Assembly (NCBI GenBank): GCA_016935735.1
Contig: JAFGQK010000174.1
Span: 10,386-74,385 of the forward strand
Direction: 5' to 3'
From: Spirochaetales bacterium
GTDB lineage: Bacteria; Spirochaetota; Spirochaetia; SZUA-6; JAFGRV01
DNA: 64,000 nt
Position 1 is the stretch's first letter, and each line of letters starts with the position of its first letter. The position numbers were made by a program, and so were the translations under genes. Shown here piece after piece: positions 10,050-18,988 of this stretch. The notes under the pieces are model-generated. The model was not told the DNA's origin, searched no databases, and saw only the letters and a program-made list of their open reading frames with translations.

Positions 10050-11096
10050 ATGTATAACATAGCGGTAATCGGCGGGGACGGCACAGGCCCGGAAGTAGTC
10101 CGGGAAGGAATAAAGGTATTAAAAAGTGCGGGTGATAAGTTCACTATCAAGTTTGATTTTCACTATTATGATTTTGGCGGGGACAGGTATCTCAAGACAG
10201 GGGATACACTTCCTGATACTGCAATAACTGAGTTAAAGCAATATGATGCAATCTACCTGGGCGCTATCGGACATCCGGATGTGAAGCCGGGTATCCTTGA
10301 AACCGGGATACTTCTTAAACTCCGCTTTACCCTGGATCAGTACATTAACTTAAGGCCGATAAAGCTGTATCCGAATGTGGAAACACCCCTGGCAAACAAA
10401 GGACCGGAAGACATAGATTTTATTGTCGTGCGGGAGAATACGGAAGGACTCTACTGTAGTATCGGGGGTTTTTTAAAAAAAGGAACACCGGACGAAGTGG
10501 CAACCCAGGAAATGGTCAATACAAGGAAAGGGGTTGAACGCTGTATCCGTTATGCTTTTGAAGCCACCCGGAAGCGGAATAAAAAGAAGACCCTTACCCT
10601 CTGTGCAAAGACAAATGTCCTTACCTATGCCCATGATCTCTGGTGGCGGGTGTTTATGGAAGTATCAAAAGAATATACGGACATTAAACCTGAATATGCT
10701 CATGTTGATGCAACCACCATGTGGATGGTCAAGAATCCCGAGTGGTTCGATGTCATCGTGACAACAAATATGTTCGGGGACATTATTACCGATCTCGGCG
10801 CCATGATCCAGGGAGGAATGGGAATTGCCGCGGGCGGGAACATCAATCCGGAAGGTGTTTCAATGTTTGAACCCATCGGCGGATCCGCACCAAAGTATAC
10901 AGGGAAAAATATTATCAATCCCCTTGCTGCCATCTTTGCCGCCCAGATGATGCTCGATGTACTTGGAGAAGAACAGGCAGCACGTGCAATAGAAGAATCA
11001 GCAGTAAAGACTATAAGCAGGATGAAAAGCATGGCAGCAGGGAAAATGGGATTTACCACCACAGAGATCGGGGATATGGTTGCAGATGGTGTATGA
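10050..11096 (+). CDS. 3-isopropylmalate dehydrogenase family (LeuB/tartrate/isocitrate DH-like) NAD-dependent decarboxylating dehydrogenase.
   Basis: The protein starts 'MYNIAVIGGDGTGPEVV', is 348 aa long, and has the typical Asp-rich active-site motif 'GDIITDLGAMIQGGMG'. Its stop overlaps the next gene's start by 4 nt (ATGA). Confidence 0.8.
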   Translation: MYNIAVIGGDGTGPEVVREGIKVLKSAGDKFTIKFDFHYYDFGGDRYLKTGDTLPDTAITELKQYDAIYLGAIGHPDVKPGILETGILLKLRFTLDQYINLRPIKLYPNVETPLANKGPEDIDFIVVRENTEGLYCSIGGFLKKGTPDEVATQEMVNTRKGVERCIRYAFEATRKRNKKKTLTLCAKTNVLTYAHDLWWRVFMEVSKEYTDIKPEYAHVDATTMWMVKNPEWFDVIVTTNMFGDIITDLGAMIQGGMGIAAGGNINPEGVSMFEPIGGSAPKYTGKNIINPLAAIFAAQMMLDVLGEEQAARAIEESAVKTISRMKSMAAGKMGFTTTEIGDMVADGV

Positions 11097-12061
11097 AACT
11101 GGTTATACAGATACCCTGCTATAATGAAGAGGAAAGCCTCCCCATTACCTTAAAGGAACTTCCACGTGAGGTTGATGGTTTTGATGAAGTGAAGTGGTGT
11201 GTGATTGATGACGGCAGTACGGACAAAACAGTGGAAGTGGCCAGGGCCTTCGGGGTGGATTATATTGTAAGTTTAAAACATAACAAGGGATTGGCCAGGG
11301 CCTTTATGAAAGGACTTGAGGTCTGCCTGAAGTCGAATGCCGATGTTATTGTGAATACGGATGCGGATAATCAGTATAATGCAGGTGATATCCCCAGACT
11401 CGTTCTTCCCATTATAAACGGGGAAGCCGATATGGTGATAGGCGAAAGACCGATAAACAAGATAAAGCATTTTTCTCCTTTAAAAAAATTATTGCAGAAA
11501 GTCGGCAGTTTTGTCGTAAAAGCGGTTAGCGGTACGCAAATTGCGGATGCACCAAGCGGGTTCCGGGCTATTTCCAGGTATGCTGCCATGCATCTGAATA
11601 TATTCAGCACGTATACCTATACCCTGGAGTCGATTATTCAGGCGGGGAAAAAGAATCTGAAAATCACTTCTGTTAAAATACATACAAACGATCATATCCG
11701 GCCGTCACGATTAATGAAAAGCACTTTTTCTTATATTATAAAATCGATTATCACGATTATCCGGATTTTTGTTGTATATAATCCCTTCCGTTTTTTTATG
11801 ACCCTGGCGATAATGCTGTTTATCCTGGGATTGATTCCCGGGATCCGGTATGTCATCCTTTTTATTGCCCGTGCGGAAAGCGGACATATTCAATCACTCA
11901 TTCTTTCGGCCATACTCCTTATTATGAGTGTGCAGATCGGTGTTCTTGCCTTTATCGGGGACCTTAATGCAGTGAACAGAAGTATCATGGAAGACATTCA
12001 GTATATGTTAAGGAAAAAGAATTACAAGGAGTATGATTTTGAGAAAGATGATTTTGAATGA
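11093..12061 (+). CDS. Family 2 glycosyltransferase (polyprenyl-phosphate sugar synthase, DPM1/ArnC/GtrB-like) with two C-terminal TM helices.
   Basis: The 'VIDDGSTDKT' and 'NTDADNQY' (DxD-like) motifs are present, and the C-terminus has hydrophobic helices. Confidence 0.8.
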   Translation: MKLVIQIPCYNEEESLPITLKELPREVDGFDEVKWCVIDDGSTDKTVEVARAFGVDYIVSLKHNKGLARAFMKGLEVCLKSNADVIVNTDADNQYNAGDIPRLVLPIINGEADMVIGERPINKIKHFSPLKKLLQKVGSFVVKAVSGTQIADAPSGFRAISRYAAMHLNIFSTYTYTLESIIQAGKKNLKITSVKIHTNDHIRPSRLMKSTFSYIIKSIITIIRIFVVYNPFRFFMTLAIMLFILGLIPGIRYVILFIARAESGHIQSLILSAILLIMSVQIGVLAFIGDLNAVNRSIMEDIQYMLRKKNYKEYDFEKDDFE

Positions 12062-12659
12062 TGATATTCCTGCCGGTAACTGGGAGAATAAGTACGAATC
12101 GAAAAATCCTGTTGCCAGGTTTCTCATGCAACGGTTTATGAAAACCATGAAATTAATCATATTACAAAGGAAAAGCGAGATCACTTCCATATCCGAAGTC
12201 GGCTGCGGTGAAGGATATGTAACCAGTGAAATCCATAATATGGTTCCTTTTGTAAAGATAAAAGCGAGTGATTTTTCAGGAGAAATTATAAAAACAGCAG
12301 GAGAAAAATTTCCATTCCTCGATTTTTATGTTAAAAGTATCTACGATCTGGGTCCGGAAGACAGCGCGGATTTCATTATCTGCTGCGAAGTCCTGGAACA
12401 CCTCGAATTCCCGGGAAAGGCCCTGGAAAGGCTTGCTGTTATTACAGGAAAATACTGTCTTTTAACTGTCCCGAATGAACCCCTCTGGAGATGCCTGAAT
12501 ATGATACGGGGTAAATATCTCAATGATTTCGGGAATACCCCGGGACATATACAACACTGGTCATTACATCAATTCGTAAAGCTTGTTAAAACATATATGA
12601 ATGTATTAATGGTAAAATTCATTCTCCCATGGACACTGGTATTGAGTAAAAAAAAGTGA
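12033..12659 (+). CDS. Class I SAM-dependent methyltransferase.
   Basis: The glycine-rich motif 'EVGCGEGYV' is present. The gene overlaps the upstream glycosyltransferase. Confidence 0.65.
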   Translation: MILRKMILNDDIPAGNWENKYESKNPVARFLMQRFMKTMKLIILQRKSEITSISEVGCGEGYVTSEIHNMVPFVKIKASDFSGEIIKTAGEKFPFLDFYVKSIYDLGPEDSADFIICCEVLEHLEFPGKALERLAVITGKYCLLTVPNEPLWRCLNMIRGKYLNDFGNTPGHIQHWSLHQFVKLVKTYMNVLMVKFILPWTLVLSKKK

Positions 12660-13618
12660 AAACAAAAAAATCGAATATCATCATCAGTATTGCAGGATAT
12701 AGTATTTTAATTCTTTCCTTTGGTTTTATTATTTATTCACTTAAGAATATCGATCTGAAATTCCTCTTTACTGAAAAACACATCCCCTTTCTTTTTTTCC
12801 TGATTCCTCTTTTTCTCCTTTATTCCGGGGTTGTCCTTCTTCTTGCAGTGAATTTCAGTGTTACCATGAGCAGGATCAACAAAGACAAGAAAATCAACCT
12901 TTTGATTGTTCCCGGATATTTAAAAGCCAATATCGGAAAATATCTTCCCACCAACCTGTTCCATTTTGCCGGCAGACACATTCTTTTCAATACTATGGGT
13001 TATGAAAATAAAAAAATACTGGCCGGTAATATCATCGAGTTCATAATCCTTATTGGCATTTCCCTTCTTCTTTTACTCACCGGCATACTGGGGGGCTTTA
13101 TTTCCATTCCACAAGCCGCTTTCGATATGATTCTAAGGAACAGGATACTCTTCACTGTCATTATTACAGCGGCTGTTCTCATCATCATTATCTTATTAAT
13201 AAAATTCAGAATAAAGAATTTTATTGCCCGGGTTACTTCCCTTTTGTCCGGTCTTAAACCAGGGATTGTGCTGCTTCTCGTACTCTCCTATTCCGTCTTT
13301 TTTATTGTATCCGGCACCATGTTATATAGTATTCTTACTTATTTTTCAGGGATTCCCTTTTCCATGAAGGATCTTCTCTATGCCCTTTTTTCTTTTTCTG
13401 TCTGCTGGCAGATCGGTTTTATAAGTCCCGGGGTTCCCGGGGGAATCGGGGTAAGGGAAGCATTACTGCTTTTGTTTTTTAAGGACTTTTATGGGGAGAC
13501 AATAGCATTTTATTCAGGAATTGTCTTAAGATTAATCACAATTTCCGGTGATGTTATTGCTTTTTTTTATGCATTTTTATTAAATAAGCTATTCAGAAAT
13601 ATCAGGACAGAACAATGA
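12656..13618 (+). CDS. Polytopic membrane protein of the flippase-like family (lysylphosphatidylglycerol-synthase TM region / UPF0104-like).
   Basis: About eight TM helices are predicted, and a 'PGGIGVRE' motif is present. It is translationally coupled (4-nt overlap) to the methyltransferase and to the downstream GT-C gene. Confidence 0.5.
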   Translation: MKTKKSNIIISIAGYSILILSFGFIIYSLKNIDLKFLFTEKHIPFLFFLIPLFLLYSGVVLLLAVNFSVTMSRINKDKKINLLIVPGYLKANIGKYLPTNLFHFAGRHILFNTMGYENKKILAGNIIEFIILIGISLLLLLTGILGGFISIPQAAFDMILRNRILFTVIITAAVLIIIILLIKFRIKNFIARVTSLLSGLKPGIVLLLVLSYSVFFIVSGTMLYSILTYFSGIPFSMKDLLYALFSFSVCWQIGFISPGVPGGIGVREALLLLFFKDFYGETIAFYSGIVLRLITISGDVIAFFYAFLLNKLFRNIRTEQ

Positions 13619-16014
13619 TGAGAAAAATAGTAAACAGCATTACAAAACCATTAAAGGGTACATTGATAACGGGTGGAAAGTACTTTGCTTCAAACTGGAT
13701 CGAACTTATTTTTAAACTCGTCTATATTATCATTCTTGTTATTATTGTACAGTCAATTTTCGCCTTTGGTTTCAAAGCATGGCTTTACCCGATTAAACTG
13801 TACCAGTATTATGATGAATGTTCATATATAAGTATGGGAAAATATTTCCGTCTTTTTTCCCCCTTTACTCTTTTCAAGGATTATCTTTTAAAAGACAAAC
13901 CGATTCCTCCTGTTTACCATGAATTTCACAGCCGGGCTGTTTACTGGTCGTATATTCTGTCGTTACCCATGAAACAATCCACCGATGTGGAATACCTGCA
14001 TCATTTCCGTGCGCTCTTTTTTGCATTTGCCACCCTGGTATTTTTTTTCATTGGCCATAAACTGGCGGGATTTACCGGGGGTGTTGCAGCTGCCGCTTTC
14101 TGGATCGGGACACCCATACTCAATTACTGGGGGAAATTCTTTATGACGGATGTTCCTTCGCTTGCTTTTATTGCAGCGGGATACCTCTTTTTACTCTATT
14201 CCGACCGGTCCCGGTTAAGTGCACTCCTGGGTGGTTTTCTCATAGGGTTTGGAGCATTTACCAGGTTTACGACAATTGTCCTCGCTTTTCCCGCCCCGTT
14301 TATTATACTGGCGAATTTCTTTCATCCGTTTAAACGGCGAAACTACCAGATCATTGGTGAACTGGCAAAAACCCTTTCCGGCTTTGTCTTTGCCACACTC
14401 CCTTTCCTTGTTTTAAGTACCTTATTATACAGAAATCCCCTCCAGCCTTTTAATGCAGCCAGGTATGCCGTGAACCAGTCCCCGGTAGATGATCCTGGTT
14501 ATTATATCCGTAATATCTGGATAGAGGCGGGTCTCCCCATGAAAATCGGTGCAATCCTTTCGATTCTTGCCGTGTTCATCCTTGCTCTTTCCTGGGGACT
14601 CAAACAGGTAACGGTGAATGAAAAAAAAGGAAAGACCCCGCTCATAAACCTTGTCAGTTTCCCGAAAAGCTTTGTTTCCGGTCTTCTCTACCACGGGATT
14701 ATCCTGGTTTCTCTCATTCTTACCACCTCCATTTATTTAATGGGGGTTACGGGTATTCCCCACAAACTTCCAAGGTATATTGCAGGCGGGGTCGTTCCCC
14801 TTATCATTATTGCAGCAATGGGATTCGGGGCATTTGAGAAATTGATTCTCCAGTTTTTAAGGATTCCCTTAAAACGGATTACCGATTCTTTTAACTCATT
14901 CATGCTCTCGGTTGCCCGGGAACTCAAGAGGATTTCCCCGCGAAAGGAATTCTTAAAGATAAGAAATGCAGTGGTCCGTTTTTATCTCCGGCTTAAGAGG
15001 GAAGATGTTTTATCGATTGTATCGTCCGTTATATGGTGGTTTCACCATGAAAATCTTATCCGTGTTTTCAAAAGAACAAGCCTGTATTTTCAGAAGCGCT
15101 TCCGTTTTATCTGCAATATCTGGTTTATCGTTGGTTTCCTGTTCCTTGTCATTTTAGGTATAAGCATTCATGCATTAAGGGGTGTCCCGCAGAATGTATG
15201 GGACTCCACCATGAACAGGAAGTTCGATTTTAAATACAGTATTCCCGGAGAGATTGTAAAAAATACAGCAGGCCACATTGTAAGGCGGTTACAGCCCGAA
15301 TATAACTTCGCAACGACGACACCTGCGGGAATAGACTGGGACATGAGTATTAATGAAAAATTAAGACTCGTAGAAGAAGACCCGGGAAAGGCTTACAGCA
15401 CACTGAAATATATTTATGGCTATTATCTTGACCTGTACAGTGAACTCAATAAACTGATGAAACCTACAGAGGTGTTATATGTGGACAGGTTGCTTTATAT
15501 TCCCTTTACGCCCGGCTATATAACGTATGCTTCCATATGGCTGGATGATTATGTTCAGTACGGCTACTCCCTTCAAACCCTTATTAGACGGGGATATTTC
15601 CCCTACACCGGGTATGTTGTCGTTTTTAAATACCGGGGGTCGGAGTTTTTCAAGGATGAGGAAACAGAAGAGGAAAGCGGGGGCGAAGAAGAAAGTGCCG
15701 GTGATGAGAAAAAAGAGGAAAAGGCGTATGATTACTTCCGGTCCATAAACCGGCCTGCGGTGCAGCAGCATGGAAGTTTCGAATATGTAAAGAGTGTGAG
15801 TTATTTTGAAATTTACCGGTATAAAGGGGGAAAACCGTTCCCTTATCTTACAGAAGGGGAAGGAGAAAGAGAGGAAATGACGGAATCCATTGGCGAGACG
15901 GGTGGGAAGAAAGAAAACGAAACGATGATGTTTCTGAAGGAACAGTATAAGAAGTTTTTCGAGTTCTGGCTTGCGATTTTTGAAAAGGAAAAGAAGGAAG
16001 AAGCCGCAGAGTAG
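13615..16014 (+). CDS. GT-C fold membrane glycosyltransferase (ArnT/PMT-like) with an acidic C-terminal tail.
   Basis: The protein is 799 aa. The N-terminal half is multi-TM, the C-terminal half is soluble, and it ends in a Glu-rich tail 'EETEEESGGEEESAGDEKKEEK'. Confidence 0.55.
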   Translation: MMRKIVNSITKPLKGTLITGGKYFASNWIELIFKLVYIIILVIIVQSIFAFGFKAWLYPIKLYQYYDECSYISMGKYFRLFSPFTLFKDYLLKDKPIPPVYHEFHSRAVYWSYILSLPMKQSTDVEYLHHFRALFFAFATLVFFFIGHKLAGFTGGVAAAAFWIGTPILNYWGKFFMTDVPSLAFIAAGYLFLLYSDRSRLSALLGGFLIGFGAFTRFTTIVLAFPAPFIILANFFHPFKRRNYQIIGELAKTLSGFVFATLPFLVLSTLLYRNPLQPFNAARYAVNQSPVDDPGYYIRNIWIEAGLPMKIGAILSILAVFILALSWGLKQVTVNEKKGKTPLINLVSFPKSFVSGLLYHGIILVSLILTTSIYLMGVTGIPHKLPRYIAGGVVPLIIIAAMGFGAFEKLILQFLRIPLKRITDSFNSFMLSVARELKRISPRKEFLKIRNAVVRFYLRLKREDVLSIVSSVIWWFHHENLIRVFKRTSLYFQKRFRFICNIWFIVGFLFLVILGISIHALRGVPQNVWDSTMNRKFDFKYSIPGEIVKNTAGHIVRRLQPEYNFATTTPAGIDWDMSINEKLRLVEEDPGKAYSTLKYIYGYYLDLYSELNKLMKPTEVLYVDRLLYIPFTPGYITYASIWLDDYVQYGYSLQTLIRRGYFPYTGYVVVFKYRGSEFFKDEETEEESGGEEESAGDEKKEEKAYDYFRSINRPAVQQHGSFEYVKSVSYFEIYRYKGGKPFPYLTEGEGEREEMTESIGETGGKKENETMMFLKEQYKKFFEFWLAIFEKEKKEEAAE

Positions 16015-16023
16015 AATTCGCCT

Positions 16024-16743
16024 GTGATTGCCGGAATAAACTCAAGGCTGGATATATTAATGAACATAACTGCTGAAACGATTAAAGAATTTACTATGAA
16101 TTCAGGAAGTGATCTTTGTGGAATTGCTTCGATAAATCGATTTGTTAATTTACCGCCATTATCTAATCCAAAGGATATATTAAAAACTGCAAATTCCGTA
16201 ATTGTTATCGCGAAGAAATTTCTCAGGAGCAGTATAAATCTAAACAGTACTATACCTTATACGATTATTCGTAATCATTTGAGTAAAGAAATTGATGAGA
16301 TAACAATAGGATTGTCATATTTTATTGAAGCACATAATTATATTGCTTTCCCAACAGGTGCAATTGAACCATGTAATTTTAATAAGAATTTGTTAAAAAC
16401 AGTTGGTTTAATATCATTAAAAAATGCTGCATATCTGGCAGGATTAGGTGTAATCGGGAAAAACACCCTGTTAATTACCCCAGAATTCGGTAATATGGTC
16501 TGGTTGGGAGCTGTAATTACTTCTCTGGAATTAGAGCCTGATCCAATTCTTGAAAAAAATCCATGTCACAAAAATTGTAAAATATGTATAGATAATTGTC
16601 CTGTAAAAGCGCTTGATGGGAGTAAATTTATGGATCAACAAAAATGCTGGGATTTTGCGTTTGGTGAATCAGAAGAAGGAGAATGGAGAATAAAATGTTT
16701 TAAGTGTAGACAAATATGCCCATTCTCAAATGGTTATAAATAA
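16024..16743 (+). CDS. 4Fe-4S cluster protein, possibly a short member of the epoxyqueuosine-reductase (QueG) family.
   Basis: Cys motifs 'CHKNCKICIDNCP' and 'CFKCRQICP' are present. An alternative start is the ATG at about 16061 (MNITAE...). Confidence 0.4.
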   Translation: MIAGINSRLDILMNITAETIKEFTMNSGSDLCGIASINRFVNLPPLSNPKDILKTANSVIVIAKKFLRSSINLNSTIPYTIIRNHLSKEIDEITIGLSYFIEAHNYIAFPTGAIEPCNFNKNLLKTVGLISLKNAAYLAGLGVIGKNTLLITPEFGNMVWLGAVITSLELEPDPILEKNPCHKNCKICIDNCPVKALDGSKFMDQQKCWDFAFGESEEGEWRIKCFKCRQICPFSNGYK

Positions 16744-16926
16744 TCGAGTTTACTGCGCTTACGTCCGGGGATACCAGTGAGTATAATTGATGATAACGGA
16801 TATTCTTTTCAATGGTTCCGGGAATCAACCCGGACGGGAAATTATATATCCTGGTACTTAATACAATCTCACGTTGAAGATCGGCGTCCCCAAATAGTGC
16901 AGGTGATCGGGGGGGGAGAAGGAAAA

Positions 16927-17142
16927 ATGAAGAAAGCAATAATCATTGGTGCAAGTTCCGGTATTGGAAAAGAGCTTGCAAAAATATTGTCGAATGAAAA
17001 TTATATTGTCGGTCTTGCTGCAAGAAGATTACACTTATTAGAAAATTTACAGCGTGAATTAAAAAATAAATCAATTGTTACCTATATTGATATATCAAAA
17101 TATAATGAAATTGAGGAAACGTTAGCAAGACAGTTTTTTTGA
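16927..17142 (+). pseudogene. Truncated short-chain dehydrogenase/reductase (SDR). Only the N-terminal ~70 aa are present.
   Basis: 'MKKAIIIGASSGIGKELAKIL...' contains the classical TGxxxGxG Rossmann motif of SDRs. The ORF stops after 72 codons, whereas full-length SDRs are about 250 aa. Confidence 0.5.
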
Positions 17143-17168
17143 CAGAAAAATGCTATTTCTTAAGCATA

Positions 17169-17444
17169 TCATTTGACAATATATAAAAAATCATTAAAGA
17201 ATTCTCTTAAAGTCTTTTGAATTGATTCCTTTCTCATAATTTCTTGATATCTTGAAAATTCTTCGTGTGTCATTTCCCGGCCTTCTTTATAAGCTTTCTC
17301 ATTTAAATCCAGGAGTTCTTTAATATCTTTCTGAATATTTTCCTGTTTTTCATTTTCAGTAATATACTCTTTAACCTGTCTTTCCAATTCGTTTCCTTTC
17401 ATAAAAAATTGTCCTTTCTCTAAATAATTTATGTAAAAAATCAT
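17169..17444 (-). CDS. Hypothetical small helical protein.
   Basis: A 91-aa ORF, charged and coiled-coil-like, sits in an AT-rich region. I recognise no domain. Confidence 0.25.
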   Translation of the reverse strand: MIFYINYLEKGQFFMKGNELERQVKEYITENEKQENIQKDIKELLDLNEKAYKEGREMTHEEFSRYQEIMRKESIQKTLREFFNDFLYIVK

Positions 17445-18099
17445 TTTTCTGCTTTATTTTATATACCCATTTAACACCTTACCCTTTTTTAAATTGGCGT
17501 TTTCTTGGGTAATATTGTACCCGGGTCTTATCAATAATATCACTCATGATTTTATGCCCCTGACATCATTTTTAAGACTTCCGGTTCCTCAATTTTTGTT
17601 CCGGGCATTCTCTTTTATCCTTCAAGTCTTTTCTGTTTATTTCTTCCAATTCTTGCTTTTTGTATCTTTCATTAGAAAATCCTTAACAAAATTATGCTAT
17701 ACATTAGTATAGTATAATTTTGTTATATGTCAATAGTTTTTAAATAGTTTCTTAAATAGTTCTTTAAAAATGAAACAACCTTTGCAGCATAATTCCCGCC
17801 TGTTCCTTATATAGGATTCTTTATTGCAGGAAATAAAACTGGATTTCCTCATCTTTAAGGTTATTCTCTCTTTTATCCATAAAATAATCCTGGATAAAAG
17901 ACTGCTAAAAAATGACAAACAGTATTGTAATTTTCAGAAAGATGTATTAGTGTATTTCGAATTTGCTTGCTTTTTCGTTAAAGGGATGTACGCAACAGGG
18001 TGAGACATAGCGAGGGCGCGGTTAATAGTGGCTGTTACAGGAAAAACCACTCAATTTAGACAGTAAATAATAATTGAATACGATTTAATAGAGTGAAGA

Positions 18100-18648
18100 A
18101 TGAAATTTAAGGAACTGGAAACAAATAGATTATTTCTTCGAAGATTTAAGAAAGAAGATATAAATTTTATCTATACTCATTTTTCAAATAAGGATGTTTC
18201 AAAATATCTCTATGACAGCGAACCACCCGGAAATATCGATGAAGCAAATTGTATTCTTGAATGGTGTATGGATTTTAATTCTGAAAGACATATTCGCTGG
18301 TGTATACTATTGAAAAAGGGACTTAAACCCATAGGCACTTGCGGATTTCATAATTATGATATACAGAATAATTCAGCTGAAATAGGTTACGATTTGTCTA
18401 ACATATATTGGAATAAAGGATATATGTCGGAAGCATTAAAAAAAATGTTATTATATGGATTTGACGATCTTTGTCTAAATAGAATTTATGCTTGCGTTTA
18501 TGTAGAAAACATTCGATCAAATAAATTATTAGAAAAATCGGGCTTTACCCTGGAAGGGATAATTAGGGATAAACATCTATTTCGTGGAAAATATTACGAT
18601 CACAATTTATTCTCTTTGCTTAAACGTGAGAGATCTGAATGCATATAA
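18100..18648 (+). CDS. GNAT N-acetyltransferase, RimJ/RimL-like.
   Basis: The protein is 182 aa with an Acetyltransf_3-like pattern. Confidence 0.65.
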   Translation: MKFKELETNRLFLRRFKKEDINFIYTHFSNKDVSKYLYDSEPPGNIDEANCILEWCMDFNSERHIRWCILLKKGLKPIGTCGFHNYDIQNNSAEIGYDLSNIYWNKGYMSEALKKMLLYGFDDLCLNRIYACVYVENIRSNKLLEKSGFTLEGIIRDKHLFRGKYYDHNLFSLLKRERSECI

Positions 18649-18699
18649 AAAAATCCAGGTTCCATTGTCTTTTTTTAAAATCTATGGTAATATATATAT

Positions 18700-18972
18700 G
18701 TGTTTCTAACCCTGTTTAAAGCTGGGAGGGGACGAGACAAATTCTTCACAATTCATGACTTGCAAAAGGACCTTTTTTACAAGTACACATTGGCAGTATA
18801 TTCAGGGAATGTTGGTGGATCCATCCGGGAAAAGCAATATGCGTTTGACTCAGAGGATGAAAAAAAAGCTGTTTTGCAGGCGCTTTTTAAACAAAAAATA
18901 AAAGAAGGGTATAAGGTTATCTATGAGTATCCTAAAAAACTCAAAGGTATATTGACAAGGGATACCGCTTAA
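18700..18972 (+). CDS. WGR-domain-like small protein.
   Basis: The protein is 90 aa. 'FKAGRGRDKFFTIHDLQKDLFYKYTLAVYSGNVG' resembles the WGR domain signature. Confidence 0.4.
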   Translation: MFLTLFKAGRGRDKFFTIHDLQKDLFYKYTLAVYSGNVGGSIREKQYAFDSEDEKKAVLQALFKQKIKEGYKVIYEYPKKLKGILTRDTA

Positions 18973-18988
18973 CTCTAAATAAACAGTT

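Noticed and set aside
12033-12061. The 29-nt overlap between the GT2 and methyltransferase genes, considered as a possible frameshift or fusion.
   Set aside because: The frames differ and both proteins have complete, independent domain signatures. A later in-frame ATG (about 12048) is also available. An ordinary overlapping operon gene pair is more likely.
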